Shown: piece after piece, positions 45,571 to 56,227 of the stretch
Position numbering within the stretch: position 1 is the first letter of the stretch
Layout of the letters: each line of letters begins with the position of its first letter
From: Blastocladiella emersonii ATCC 22665
Lineage: Eukaryota > Fungi > Blastocladiomycota
DNA: 64,000 nt
Assembly (NCBI GenBank): GCA_025594325.1
Contig: JANHCV010000003.1
Coordinates: forward strand, 1,550,001-1,614,000
Direction: 5' to 3'
Translations under genes and position numbers: made by a program
The notes under the pieces: model-generated
Told to the model about the DNA's origin: nothing
Seen by the model: only the letters and a program-made list of their open reading frames with translations
Databases searched by the model: none

Positions 45571-46975
45571 ATGGCCGCTATAAGCGCCATCGTCTCGTCC
45601 ATCGTGGCGCCCGTCGTGCCGCCGGCACCGAGCCCCTCGGCCTCGTCGCCCGCGGCCAGCCCGGCGCCGAACCCGCCGCCGCCGGCCACCACCGCGAACC
45701 CCTCGCCGACGGCAAGTCCGACCAGCAGCGCTGCGACGCCCGCGCCGACGTCGAACAGCGGCAACCCGTCTCCTTCGCCGATTTCCGCGTCATCCGGAGG
45801 TAGCGCCGTGACTTCCTCAACCAAGGCCAGCGGTAGTACGGCTTCGGACTCACGCACCACGATTCCTCGGATCACTAACCGCGTCCCGCACGCGTGTAGA
45901 TGCATCCTCCACCGTGCTCCTGACCACCACCTCAAGCGGTACCAGCGGCGCCTCGCCGACCCCCGGCGACGCCGGCTCGACCACCAGCTCGATCGGCAGC
46001 GGGAGCCAGCAGCCGTCGAGCACCTCCGGCGGCGACCCAGCGCCCGCGGGCCTGTTCAACGGCAACAACACGGTGGTGATCGCGGTGTGCGCGGGCGTCG
46101 GCGTGTTCGTATTCCTGGGCGTGGTGATGGTGATCCGGGCGTGGTCGTCGTCCAAGAAGCTCAAGAAGGACCGGCTGCTAGCGAACGCGACGCCGAACCC
46201 GTTTGCGGCGCCTCGCCCAGGCCTGGCCGCCGCCCCTCGGCCGGGCGACCCGAGCGGGATGGGCGGCCAGCCGTACGCGATCCCGGCGGCCGACCTGAAC
46301 GCGGCGCTGCAGTCGGAGGAGGCCGCGGCGAACGCGGCGGCTGCGGCGGCGCTCGCGGCGGCGGTCGTTGGGAACCGCCAGCAGCAGCAGCACATGGTCC
46401 CTAGCTCGGCGTTCGTGCCGTCGGGCAAAGGTCCCGCGCCGCCCCCGCCGCAGCAGATGCACTACGCGCCGAACGCCGCGTACCACGTCATCCCGCCGAC
46501 GCAGTACTACGGCGCGCCCATGGCGTACGCGCCGGTCCCGCAGCAGCACCAGCAGTACGCGTACGCGGCGCCGTCGGGTGTCCCGATGCACCACACGGGC
46601 GGGTCGTCGGCTTCGGGCTCGTCGAGCGGGGCTGCGCGGTACGGCCCTGGGCCTGACGGGTTCTACACGGCCGGCGGCGCGGACCCGCGGTTCGCGGCCG
46701 AGGCGGCCATGCTCACGGGCGCGCCGGCCGGGTACCAAGGGCAGCAGCGTGTCGCTCGCGGCCCGTCGCCGCCGGCGCCGGTGCAGCATGCTGACGAGTA
46801 CGAGGCCGACGACGGCGGGATCGAGTACTACGACGACGCGACGACCGGGTACTACAACGAGCCGGCCGCGGCCGCGTACCCGACGCAGCAGCAGTCGCAG
46901 GGCTTCCGCCAGCGCGCGCAGCCGGGCGCGGGCGGCATCCCGCACAGTGGGTCGACGTACCACCTCCAGCAGTAA
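45571..46975 (+). CDS. Single-pass membrane protein with a Ser/Thr/Pro-rich N-terminus and a Tyr/Pro/Gln-rich tail (mucin/Mid2-like sensor candidate)
   Basis: Intron 45800-45899. TM segment VVIAVCAGVGVFVFLGVVMVI followed by basic SSKKLKK; NPF motif in the tail. Confidence 0.7.
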
Positions 46976-47077
46976 GCAAGCGAGACGGAGAGGTTGTGTA
47001 CACACAACGATTGTTATACATTTGAGATTCAGACAACACATGCGTGGACTCCCAGCGAGTCCCCTCCCCCCTCGATC

Positions 47078-48204
47078 TTAGGCGTGGTTCTTCTCGTAGA
47101 CGCGGTTCGAGAACTCGGCAAACGTCATGTCGGGGGTGACGGGCGCGTCGAGGTCGGGCTGCATGAACACGGCGAGCGTGTTGCGGGCGAGATGGGTCTG
47201 GGCGCCGCCGAAGACGCAGTGCTCGGTCGCGCGGAGCTTGCCCTGGGTCGAGAGCTGGAGCGACTCGCCGATCTGGAAGGCGAGGCAGTCTTTCGGGATC
47301 CCGACGCGCACCGTCTCGCCGCCGCGGGTGCGGATGAAGAGGCCGGCGTCGGCGGGCGCGGCCGTGTGCTCGAGACTGACGAGGTTGCCGTCGGCGTCCT
47401 TGTGCTCGACGGCGTACAGGGCCGAGGTCAGGCCCGTCAGCGACGAGTTGTCAAAGTGCCAGCCGCACAGGTTGTCGACGGCGCCGGGCGCGCGGAACTC
47501 CTCGGGCAGCGTGTCGAGCGGGAAGTAGTGGAGCAGGCGGCCCTTGTGGACGCGCGAGTTGGCGACCACGTCGCGCAGGTACGAGGTGCCGGGGTACTCG
47601 GCGATCCCGCGCGACGCGGCAAACTTGTCGCACTGGGCGCCGACCAGCGTGCCGACGGCCACGATGAGCTGCGCCAGGTCCTTGAACGACGGCTCGAGCT
47701 CCGGCAGGTCCTCGGGCAGCCACTTGTTGGGCCGCGTCATGCCCGGGTACTTGGCCAGCTTCTCCGGGTCCGTCTCGGGCACGTCGTACTTGGGCGAGGC
47801 GTAAAATGAGCCCTTGGCCAAATCGGGACGGCCATTGAACACCTCGTCGCCGTGGGACCAACCGACCCACTCGGTGACCTCGTCGTGCGCCTTGGCCAGC
47901 GTCTCCTTGGGCAGGTTCCCGAGCTTGGAGGCCAGCTCGAGCAGGCGCAGGCGCTTGTCGGCGAGGCCGGGCACGTTCTTGACGACCAGCACGCCCAGGC
48001 AGTCGTTGGCCGAGCCGTACGCCTTCTACACTCGGTGGCAGGGGACACGGATCAGATCATGCATCACGGGAGCAGGGCTCAAAAGCGCAACGAACGAACC
48101 TCGATGGCGTCCGAGTAGTCGGTGCCCTCAGCGGTGAGGAGGTTGTAGTCGAGGACGACGACGTTGTCCTTGTTGAGCTCGACCGGGGCGGGGTTGACGG
48201 TCAT
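47078..48204 (-). CDS. 2-oxoglutarate/Fe(II)-dependent dioxygenase (IPNS/DIOX-like)
   Basis: Intron 48099-48026; G.LVV.NVP, GRLLHYFP, WHFDNSSLT (HxD), FQIGE, TEHCV, R.TLAVFMQP. Confidence 0.88.
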
Positions 48205-48599
48205 GGTTCGTTCTTGTTGATACGTGGCAAGGGTATGATCCTCCTATGTCGAAACGGGAGCGAGGGCGTTGCGCGGGGGCGCTCGTAGGTTTTATACTCG
48301 CCAGGGACCAGGCGTGTGTGGGGCGAAGGCGCGCGAAGAAGCGCAAGTTGTGCGTGCGCGTGCACGAGGTCGGACGAGTGCGCTGATTGGTCGCCGGCGC
48401 AACCTTAGCTGCGCCACCGAGCGCCTTGTTCCGGCCAGCTCCGAGTGACGTGCGTGTGGGTCCTGAAACGGCGGGCCGAGCGGATGGATACGTCACGCGG
48501 CGGGTATCGGGATAGTAATAACTTTAGTGTGCAGTGATTCGAATAATAACAAAAGAGGGGAGGGGGGATGATGTGCCATTACAGATGAGCGGGAATGAC

Positions 48600-49571
48600 T
48601 TAGCGGGGCAGCGGCCGGTCGCGGTCCTGCTGGTCGAGGCCCGTGAGGCGGCGGTACTCCTTGCGCCAGTCCGTGTTCATGGTCTTGTAGCGGGTGAGGA
48701 AGAGGAGGGCGAGCGAGTAGCCGAAGACCTGGACGCCCGACGTCTTGGACCCGAACATCATCATGGACAGGGCGATGAGCAGGATGTCCTTGAGCACGCC
48801 GCACAGCGTCAGGACGAGCGAGCTGGTGCACCCGATGAGCAGGACGAGGGCCATGTTGAGGGCGAAGGCGGCCATGGCGTTGGACAGGAAGATGCCGGCG
48901 CCGAGCTCCGACACGGCGGCGAGGATGCCGTCCTCCATGTGGCCGTACTCGAAGATGAGGAACGAGAAGCCGTTGAGGATGGCGCAGACCGGGGCGAAGA
49001 AGTAGAGCGTCGAGAGCGGGTCGAGCTTCTCGGTCATGAGCTTCTGCATGAGGACGAGGCGGGCCGACTCGAAGACGATGCCGAGCTCCTGGAAGATGAA
49101 GCCCGTCAGGTCGAACATGATCTCGCCGTAGGACGCGATGATGACGCCGACGACGACGCCGCAGATGTTGACGAGCAGCTGGTTGTTGATCTTCTGCAGG
49201 CCGAACATGGACGAGAGGATGAGGGTGGCGAGCGGGGTCTTGGCCTTGAGCATCTGGATGAACGAGACCGAGAGGTAGAGGTAGGCGTAGTTGTTGAGCA
49301 TGAGCGAGGCCGAGAAGAAGATGCCGATGGGCAGGACCGAGCGGGCCCACGAGTCCCACGTCATGGTCGAGTTGCGGGCGCCGGGCAGCATGTTGGTGTA
49401 GTTCTTCATGAGGCGCGTCACGCCCGTCATGAACACCATGTGCCACGTCGTGAGGAAGATCGGGTAGTGGAACCGCGTCAGGATCCACTTGTTGTACAGG
49501 ATCACCACCGACGAGCACGCGATCCACATGGAGATGTAGACCGACGGGTGGAAGCGCTTCTCGACGGCCAT
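48600..49571 (-). CDS. Triose-phosphate/nucleotide-sugar transporter (TPT/DMT) family
   Basis: ILYNKWIL...FHYPIFLTTWH, NYAYLYLSVSFIQMLKA, ESARLVL, TSSLVLTLCGVLKDIL; about 10 hydrophobic segments. Confidence 0.88.
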   Translation of the reverse strand: MAVEKRFHPSVYISMWIACSSVVILYNKWILTRFHYPIFLTTWHMVFMTGVTRLMKNYTNMLPGARNSTMTWDSWARSVLPIGIFFSASLMLNNYAYLYLSVSFIQMLKAKTPLATLILSSMFGLQKINNQLLVNICGVVVGVIIASYGEIMFDLTGFIFQELGIVFESARLVLMQKLMTEKLDPLSTLYFFAPVCAILNGFSFLIFEYGHMEDGILAAVSELGAGIFLSNAMAAFALNMALVLLIGCTSSLVLTLCGVLKDILLIALSMMMFGSKTSGVQVFGYSLALLFLTRYKTMNTDWRKEYRRLTGLDQQDRDRPLPR

Positions 49572-50856
49572 CTTGACGGTGTGTTGGTGGTGGTGGCGCG
49601 TGGTACGAGGGGAACGGGTTGACAGAGACGAGGAACTCGAGGCGCGGGCGCGGTTGTGCAGGCGACGACCGTCAGACACGCAACAGCAGCAGCAAACTCT
49701 ACGAGACGCGGCAGGGTGCGTGAGCAAGGCTGGGCACGCTGCGGGGGCGAGAGCTGCGAGGGAGTGAGGGAGCGGAAGGGCAGGGCAGGGCAGGGCGGGC
49801 GATCCATGGCGTAGAATTGGGGCGACCGAGCGACCGAGCGACCGACGCGACCGACCGAGCGACCCCTGGCGACGCGCGTGTCCGCCGACGCGTCGCGTGT
49901 TCCCACGCACGGCGATCGTCACAGACGCGCGTGTGGCTATGTCGGCGTGATTCCAGCGGGCGCGGGACTGAGCCACCACCAGGTCGGCCGAGCGCGAGCA
50001 GCGGGTTGGCAGCTCGGCGGCAGCGTAGTGGCGCAGGCGGCGGGCGAACCGCGTGGTCCCCGTCGCCGGTACGGGATCATGCATCATGTGAATCGTCTCG
50101 CCGGTCCTCGGCGTGCGTTCGTCGGGCGGCCGTTCGGTCGGTCGCTCAGTTGTCGTTACGTGGCAGTGGCGGGCGGGAGGAGGAGGGGGGCGAGGCGGAC
50201 AGAACGCAGCAGCAGCACTTACAGCCGGGGGTGGCAGCGTAGGTGAGGGCAGCGCACGGGGGGAGAGGGTGTGGGCTGACGGCGGGCAAGAGAGAGAGCG
50301 GGCTGGGCGGGGCGGAGAAGGCAGGCCACGGTCGGCCGGGCCAGCAGGCAGGCAGGCAGGCACGTCGAGCCGGCGAGGCACGGGGCGGGCGCCGTGGGTG
50401 GCGGCGGCGCCCTCTGCCCGCCGCGGGGCGGTGATGAAACCACGGCAAACGTGTTTTCGCTTGCGGTGCGAGACATCGCCCGACCAATCAGCGCGCGTGC
50501 GCCACGCGGCTGATCTCACGTGCGCGGGCGTCTCACGAACGCGTCTCGCGGTTTTGTGGGCGGGAGACACCGAGATGAAACGCGCGTGAGCGTGGGAACC
50601 GCTGCGCCAAGCGATCCCGTGAAAACAAGCAAGGCCGCGACTGCGGCTCAGCATGGCAGGTGCCACGCGTAAGCGAGCGACCTGCCGAATTGGGACTCTA
50701 GGCCGCCCCCCTCCCCGTCCCGCTGCCGCTCCGAATTCGCTTCCATCCCCAGTTGCACCTTACCCGTACGCCGCCCACGTCAACCTGCAATGGAACCGCG
50801 ACCGACCTCGTAAACCGGAACCGAGTCTAGAACTCGCACATGAACTACTGGCGGCC

Positions 50857-53394
50857 ATGATCTCCGCCGCACAGCCTCCGCCACCGCAATCCCTGCCGCC
50901 CGGCGTGCACGTCGACCCGGGCCGCCGCAGACGCAGGCGCCCGTCGCTCGTCGCGGCCATTGCCAACGCGACCAAGCGCGCTCGCAAGTGGTCTGCGTCG
51001 TCCTCGTCATTGACCGACGGTCCTGTCGCCGTCACTCTGCACCCCGACCCGCTCGACGCTGTGGCGGGTGAGAGCGAGACGCTCGACCCTGCCGCTGCCG
51101 CTGCTGCCGAGCCGGCGACCACCGAGAGTGCTGCCGCCGAACCTGCGACCGCCGATGCTGCTGCTGCTGCTGCTGCGCCACCCTCCCTTCCTCGACCACG
51201 CGTCAACCTGCAGCACCCGGCCGTGACCGCCGCCCTGTTCCGCTCCATCGCCACCCCGCCTCCCGCAACACCGCACACCCGCCGCGCCGTCCCCGCGGTC
51301 CTGCGTGACCTGCACTTCCGCCTCAAGCTGCGCGCCTGGACCCGCCGCCACGCCAAGCGGTTCGCCGGGCTGACGCGCCACGCCATGACCATCCACACGC
51401 GCACGGGGCCCGACGCTTTGGCGATTCTGTGGCTGGCGCAGGCCCGGTGGGAGGCCGTTGCCGCTGCCGCCCTCGATCGGCCCGCTGCGACCCAACTCGG
51501 CGAGTTCCGCGAGGCCTTCGGGACGTGGCTCGGCGCGCTGGCGCGGCTCGTCCACACGCCGCTGTACCAGGCACTCGCGGGGACCGGGCTCGCGCTCAAC
51601 CGCATGGCCGCGCTGCGCCCGCTCGTCCCGCCGACCGACCTGCGCCACCTGCACCTCCTCGCCGAACCCACGGTTCTCGCCGCGCTGTTTCTTGCGGCGG
51701 CAGCTGATGCTGTGGGCGACAGCGACGACGACGAGCTCGGGTTCCAGGCCGGCGGGTGGTCGGCCGACGACGTAGCTCACCTCGTCCCGCCCGCGCGCCG
51801 CCTCGTCGCTGCTCTCGCGGGTTTGCGCGACGCCATCACGCAGCTCGTTCACGAGTGGGTCGCGTCAGGGCCGAACCCGCCCATCGCGTTCTGGGACTCG
51901 ACGCTCGCCACGTCCGCGCACCTCCTCGGGCCCGCCCTCGACCACCTCGTCCGCGAGTACACGGCCTTCGAGCTCGCGTACGTCACGCGGCTCGACGCGG
52001 GACTCTCGAACGCTGTCGCCGAGTCCGCTGAGACGTCGCCCGCTGTGTCGCCGCCGCCATCGGTCGCCGTGCCCGAGACGCCGGCGCGGTCAGAGTCGGT
52101 CCGCGGGTGGGCGCGACTTCGGCGCACCTTCTCGCGGTCGCTGAACCGCTCGGCGTCTTCCTCGGCTGCGTCGTCGTCCATGGCGCGGTCTTCCTCCGTG
52201 TTCGCCTCCTCTTCTCTCGCGGCAACGACGCCGCCGGCCGACCCGAACCGCACGCCGACCCCCACCGCGACCCTGTCCCTCCCCGCCGACGCCGACCCGT
52301 TCGCCTCGCACTCTGGCACCGGCACCTTCAGCGCGCGGTGGCTCGCGACCATGGAGACGTACAACCCTCACGCCCACGCCCTGTCCCTCGCGCCCTCCCC
52401 CGTCCTCGCAGACCCCGTCCGCGCCGAACGGTCCGCGCTGCAGGTCCTGCTGCACTCGGCGCTCGACTGGCTCGCCGTACACCGCCCCGAGACGTACGCG
52501 GGTGCCCTCGACATGGAGCCCGCGCACCTGCTCGCGCTGCCCCGACTCGCCATGTGGTGGACCGCCGTCGACGCGTTCAAGCCCAAGGTGCTCGCGGCCG
52601 AGGCCGACGTGGCCGTCGCGTGGTTCGACGCCCAGGCGGACGATCTCGACGCGATTGCCGAGGTTCTCGCGGATCTCAGGGGCGCGAGTGGCGGCGGGGC
52701 AGGGGATGTGGTCGCCGACGTGGCGAACGCGGTCCTCGCTGTCAGCGGTGTCGATGACGAAGAGGAGATGACCGCGGCCGTGGCCACGTCGTTGTCGTCG
52801 CTGCTCTCGACCGCGTCCACCACCGACACGACCGAGTGCCGCGACCACGCCCGCGCCGTGACCGCGCTCCACCCCCTCCTCCTCCGCCGCCTTCACCGCC
52901 GCCCCGGCGGCGACGCGACGCCAAAACGCCTCCCGCGGCACCACGGGCGGAGCCACTCGTGGCACCCACCAAGCCTGACCCTGCCCCCTCCCCTGCCCTC
53001 CCTCCGTGCCGCCGGCGACGCGACCCCAGCGCACGCCGACCACGACGTGCCGCAGTACTGCATCGCGTGCCACGGCCGCCGCGCGCGCGTCGCGTACGCG
53101 GCGCGGCTCGCGTGTGCGGTCGGTGACCGGCTGCGCCCGCGCGGCATGGTCACGCAGGCCATGGCCGAGGTGCTGGCCGTTGTCGCGCAAGTCCCGCCCC
53201 CGCTACAGGTCGCGGGCGAAGGGGAAGGTGCGGGCCGGCGCGTCGTGTGGACGCGGACCTACGCGCAGGCGTACGCGGACCGGTTCGGGGTCGCTGTGGA
53301 TCCGCGCGCGGCGACGGCGGTTGCGGCGGCGGCGACGAGGAGAGTGGGGCGGAGCAGCGCGCCCGGGTGGGTCATCAGTGTTCCCTCGATCTGA
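50857..53394 (+). CDS. Hypothetical protein of about 845 aa, helical and low-complexity, no recognised domain
   Basis: Long ORF with strong GC3 bias; the start codon is uncertain. Confidence 0.65.
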   Translation: MISAAQPPPPQSLPPGVHVDPGRRRRRRPSLVAAIANATKRARKWSASSSSLTDGPVAVTLHPDPLDAVAGESETLDPAAAAAAEPATTESAAAEPATADAAAAAAAPPSLPRPRVNLQHPAVTAALFRSIATPPPATPHTRRAVPAVLRDLHFRLKLRAWTRRHAKRFAGLTRHAMTIHTRTGPDALAILWLAQARWEAVAAAALDRPAATQLGEFREAFGTWLGALARLVHTPLYQALAGTGLALNRMAALRPLVPPTDLRHLHLLAEPTVLAALFLAAAADAVGDSDDDELGFQAGGWSADDVAHLVPPARRLVAALAGLRDAITQLVHEWVASGPNPPIAFWDSTLATSAHLLGPALDHLVREYTAFELAYVTRLDAGLSNAVAESAETSPAVSPPPSVAVPETPARSESVRGWARLRRTFSRSLNRSASSSAASSSMARSSSVFASSSLAATTPPADPNRTPTPTATLSLPADADPFASHSGTGTFSARWLATMETYNPHAHALSLAPSPVLADPVRAERSALQVLLHSALDWLAVHRPETYAGALDMEPAHLLALPRLAMWWTAVDAFKPKVLAAEADVAVAWFDAQADDLDAIAEVLADLRGASGGGAGDVVADVANAVLAVSGVDDEEEMTAAVATSLSSLLSTASTTDTTECRDHARAVTALHPLLLRRLHRRPGGDATPKRLPRHHGRSHSWHPPSLTLPPPLPSLRAAGDATPAHADHDVPQYCIACHGRRARVAYAARLACAVGDRLRPRGMVTQAMAEVLAVVAQVPPPLQVAGEGEGAGRRVVWTRTYAQAYADRFGVAVDPRAATAVAAAATRRVGRSSAPGWVISVPSI

Positions 53395-53500
53395 AAGGGG
53401 ACGAGTCGAAACGAAGAGTATCATCGCATAACCAACGAGCAATCCGCCAGACTTTATCACATCATCCACGCCAAATACACACGAATCCGTTCACACTGCA

Positions 53501-55721
53501 TCACGGCGTCTGCACGAGCGCCTCGATGTCCTGGTCCGAGTACCCGAGGAGGTACAGGACGGACGCGAGCGACTTCTGGTTGATCCGCGTGCGGGCGCGC
53601 TCCTGGACCTTGGGCTTGGCGTTGAACGCGATCCCGAGCCCAGCGGCCGCGAGCATCCAGAGGTCGTTGGCGCCGTCGCCGACGGCGATCACCTGCTCGG
53701 GCGTGATCCCCTCGGCCTGCGCGATCACCTCGAGCAGCTCGGCCTTGCGCTCGCCCGTGACGATCGGGCCGAATGTCTCGCCCGTGAGGTTGCCCGTGGC
53801 CGGGTCGACGCGCAACTGGTTCGCGAACGCGTAGTCGAGCCCGAGCTCGGCCTTGACGTAGTGCGCGAGTGGCAGGAACCCGCCCGAGATGACGGCGAGC
53901 TTGAACCCGAGCTTCTTGAGGCACCGGCACAGGTCGCGCGCGCCGGGCACGAACGAGATGCGCGCGCGCACGCGCTGCAGCACGTCGCTCGGCGTGCCGC
54001 GGAGCAGCGCCACGCGCCGGCGCAGGGACTCGGCGAAATCGATCTCGCCGCGCATCGCCGCCTCGGTGATGGCCGCGACCTGGTCCACGACGCCCGCGTC
54101 GCGCGCAATCTCGTCAATCACCTCCTGCTGGATCAGCGTGCTGTCCATGTCGAACACGACCAGCCGCTTCGACCGCCGGAACACGGTCGCCTCCTGCAGC
54201 GCCACGTCGGTCCCGTACGGCGCCGAGAGGGCGAACAGGTCGCTGCGGAACGCGTCCGTGTCGGCGTCGCGCGGTACCGAGAGCTGGTAGTCGATACACG
54301 TCAGCGCCGATGTACCGGCGCCCGTAGTCGCGGTGCTGTTGAGCCGGCCCATGCGCTCGACCGAGATGCGGTACCGCAGCAGCAGGCGCGTGAACGTGTG
54401 CAGGAACGCGGGCGCTAGCCCCGCCTGATTCAGCACCGTGGCCGTGTACTTGGTCCGGTTGTTGTACGGCGCGTCCTCGAGACTCGGCGGCAGCGGCGTG
54501 TCCGGGTCCTGCGCGTCGAACAGCAGCGTCGCGTTCCACCGTTTTGCGGCCGCCGTCAGCTCCTGCACGAACACCCCGTCGAGCGCGTCCGCCGCCGCAC
54601 CGCCCGCGGGAAGCTGCACGCGCACGGCAAACGTCACCTGGTGGTGCAGGCGCGAGAAGGAGAAATCTTCCATCGTCAGACCGGCCTTGGCGATCACCTC
54701 GAGCAGCGCCGCCGTGATGTCGGTGCCGTGCGGGCCCGACAGCGTGATCAGCACGCGCTGGCCGGGGAGCAGCGCCGTCGGCGGGAACCACGACGTCGGC
54801 GTCTTGCCCTCGCGCAGCAGCGGCAGGGACACGGACGCGCGGCGCTCGCCGTTCGGAAGCACCGTGGAGCTGCTGTGGTCGCTCTTGGTCGGCGACGTGG
54901 GCGCGTCAAGGGACGCAGCCGTCGCGGTCCCGTTCGCCGCCACCTCGCCGTTGGCCGCCTCGGTCGCCGCACCGCTAGCGCCCGAAGCCAGCGGCTGGAT
55001 CATGTTGGACCCGAGCTGCTGCCCGCGCGCGGGGCGGAGCCGGTTGAGCCACCCTGCGGGCGACGGCGTGAGCTCGTCGAGCGACGCGACGACGGCCTTG
55101 GCGACGAGCGACGCCTTGACGGCCGACAGCCGCGAGCTGGTGCGCACGAACCGGTGGGTGCGCGCCACGCGCGTCAGGTACGTCTCGGAGACGTGGCCGC
55201 CGAGCCCGGCGAACTTGTCGTGCTTCTTGAGGATTTTGGTCAGCGCCGTCAGGTTCAGCAGGGCAAACTGCTGCAGGCGGACGATATCGGCACGGACCGC
55301 GGCGCCGTCGGCGGCGGGACCGCCGGCCGTCAGCGCGAGAGCCGCGGCGCACACGCGGTCTTCCTCGGCCGCGTAGAAGGCCGACACGCGCAGGACCTGG
55401 TCGTCGAGGTCGGCGAAGAAGACCTTGGTCTAGTATTACGGGGTAAGCGGCCGTCAGCATTCATTCCATAACGATCGGCGAATGAGTGCAGCATACGGCG
55501 ATGGCGAGTGCGTTGAGCCGCTCCGAGGCGAGCAGCGCCACCGCGGCGTTGCTGCCGCCGTCGACGGGGTCGGGCAGCGCGCCGGCGATGGAGCGCAGGC
55601 TGTGCGGCATCAGCTGCGTCTTGAGGTGCGTCTTGAGCTTGACGTAGTCGAGGAAGGCGCCGGCGTGGTACGGCGACGCAAAGTCGCCCTGGTGCGCCAG
55701 GAACGTGTTGCCGAACTTCAT
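53501..55721 (-). CDS. SER2: SPX-ACT-ACT-HAD phosphoserine phosphatase fusion
   Basis: Exon 1 55721-55497 (75 codons), intron 55496-55430, exon 2 55429-53501. SPX signatures MKFG, LDYVKLK and LNLTALTKILKKHDK; two ACT-like domains; HAD motifs FDMDSTLIQQEVIDE, ISGGF, K and GDGANDL. Confidence 0.92.
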
Positions 55722-56227
55722 GGCGAGTTGAGGTTGATACGTTGCAATGTGCGATTAGCGGGTGCGAAGAGAGAGGAGGGAGCGATGGGCCGCTCGCCGC
55801 GAACGAGCGAAGCCGGCGAGCGAAACGCGGACGACTCGAAATCACGTGGGGCTGCAGCTCCAGCCCTCGCCTCGGCGAGGACCGGGTCTGCTTTTGGCGA
55901 CGAGGATGATTGATAGCGCTCTGATCCGATGTGATCCGAGATCCGAGGGACCGGGGATTGAAGTGACCGGCGCTCACGTGCAGATGAGAGACGCGAACAT
56001 GAGGACGTCGACCAAACCCCTTCCCCTGGCCAAGTTTCAGGCACGAGCAACATCGCTGAGGTGTCTCCCAGATCGCAAGCACCGAGCGCGGCCTCGCCAT
56101 CGAACCAGCTCCAGCCCTCGTCATCGAGGAGCTACAACTCTCGCCCTCGAACAAGCACTCGGTTTGACCAACCCTCCATGTAGCACATGAATCTAGCTCA
56201 CTGAATCTATAAAACAACGCAATCCTC

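Noticed and set aside
422-51180. Short microsatellites (CCACG at about 424-445, GGC at about 18158-18178, GCT runs in coding regions)
   Set aside because: Ordinary low-complexity repeats expected in GC-rich DNA.
2032-55471. Many long antisense or alternate-frame ORFs (e.g. 2032-3981 -, 15913-18051 +, 34370-36484 +, 36818-39505 +, 41243-42961 +)
   Set aside because: These are shadows of real genes caused by very high GC3; they are Arg/Gly/Ala-rich with no motifs.
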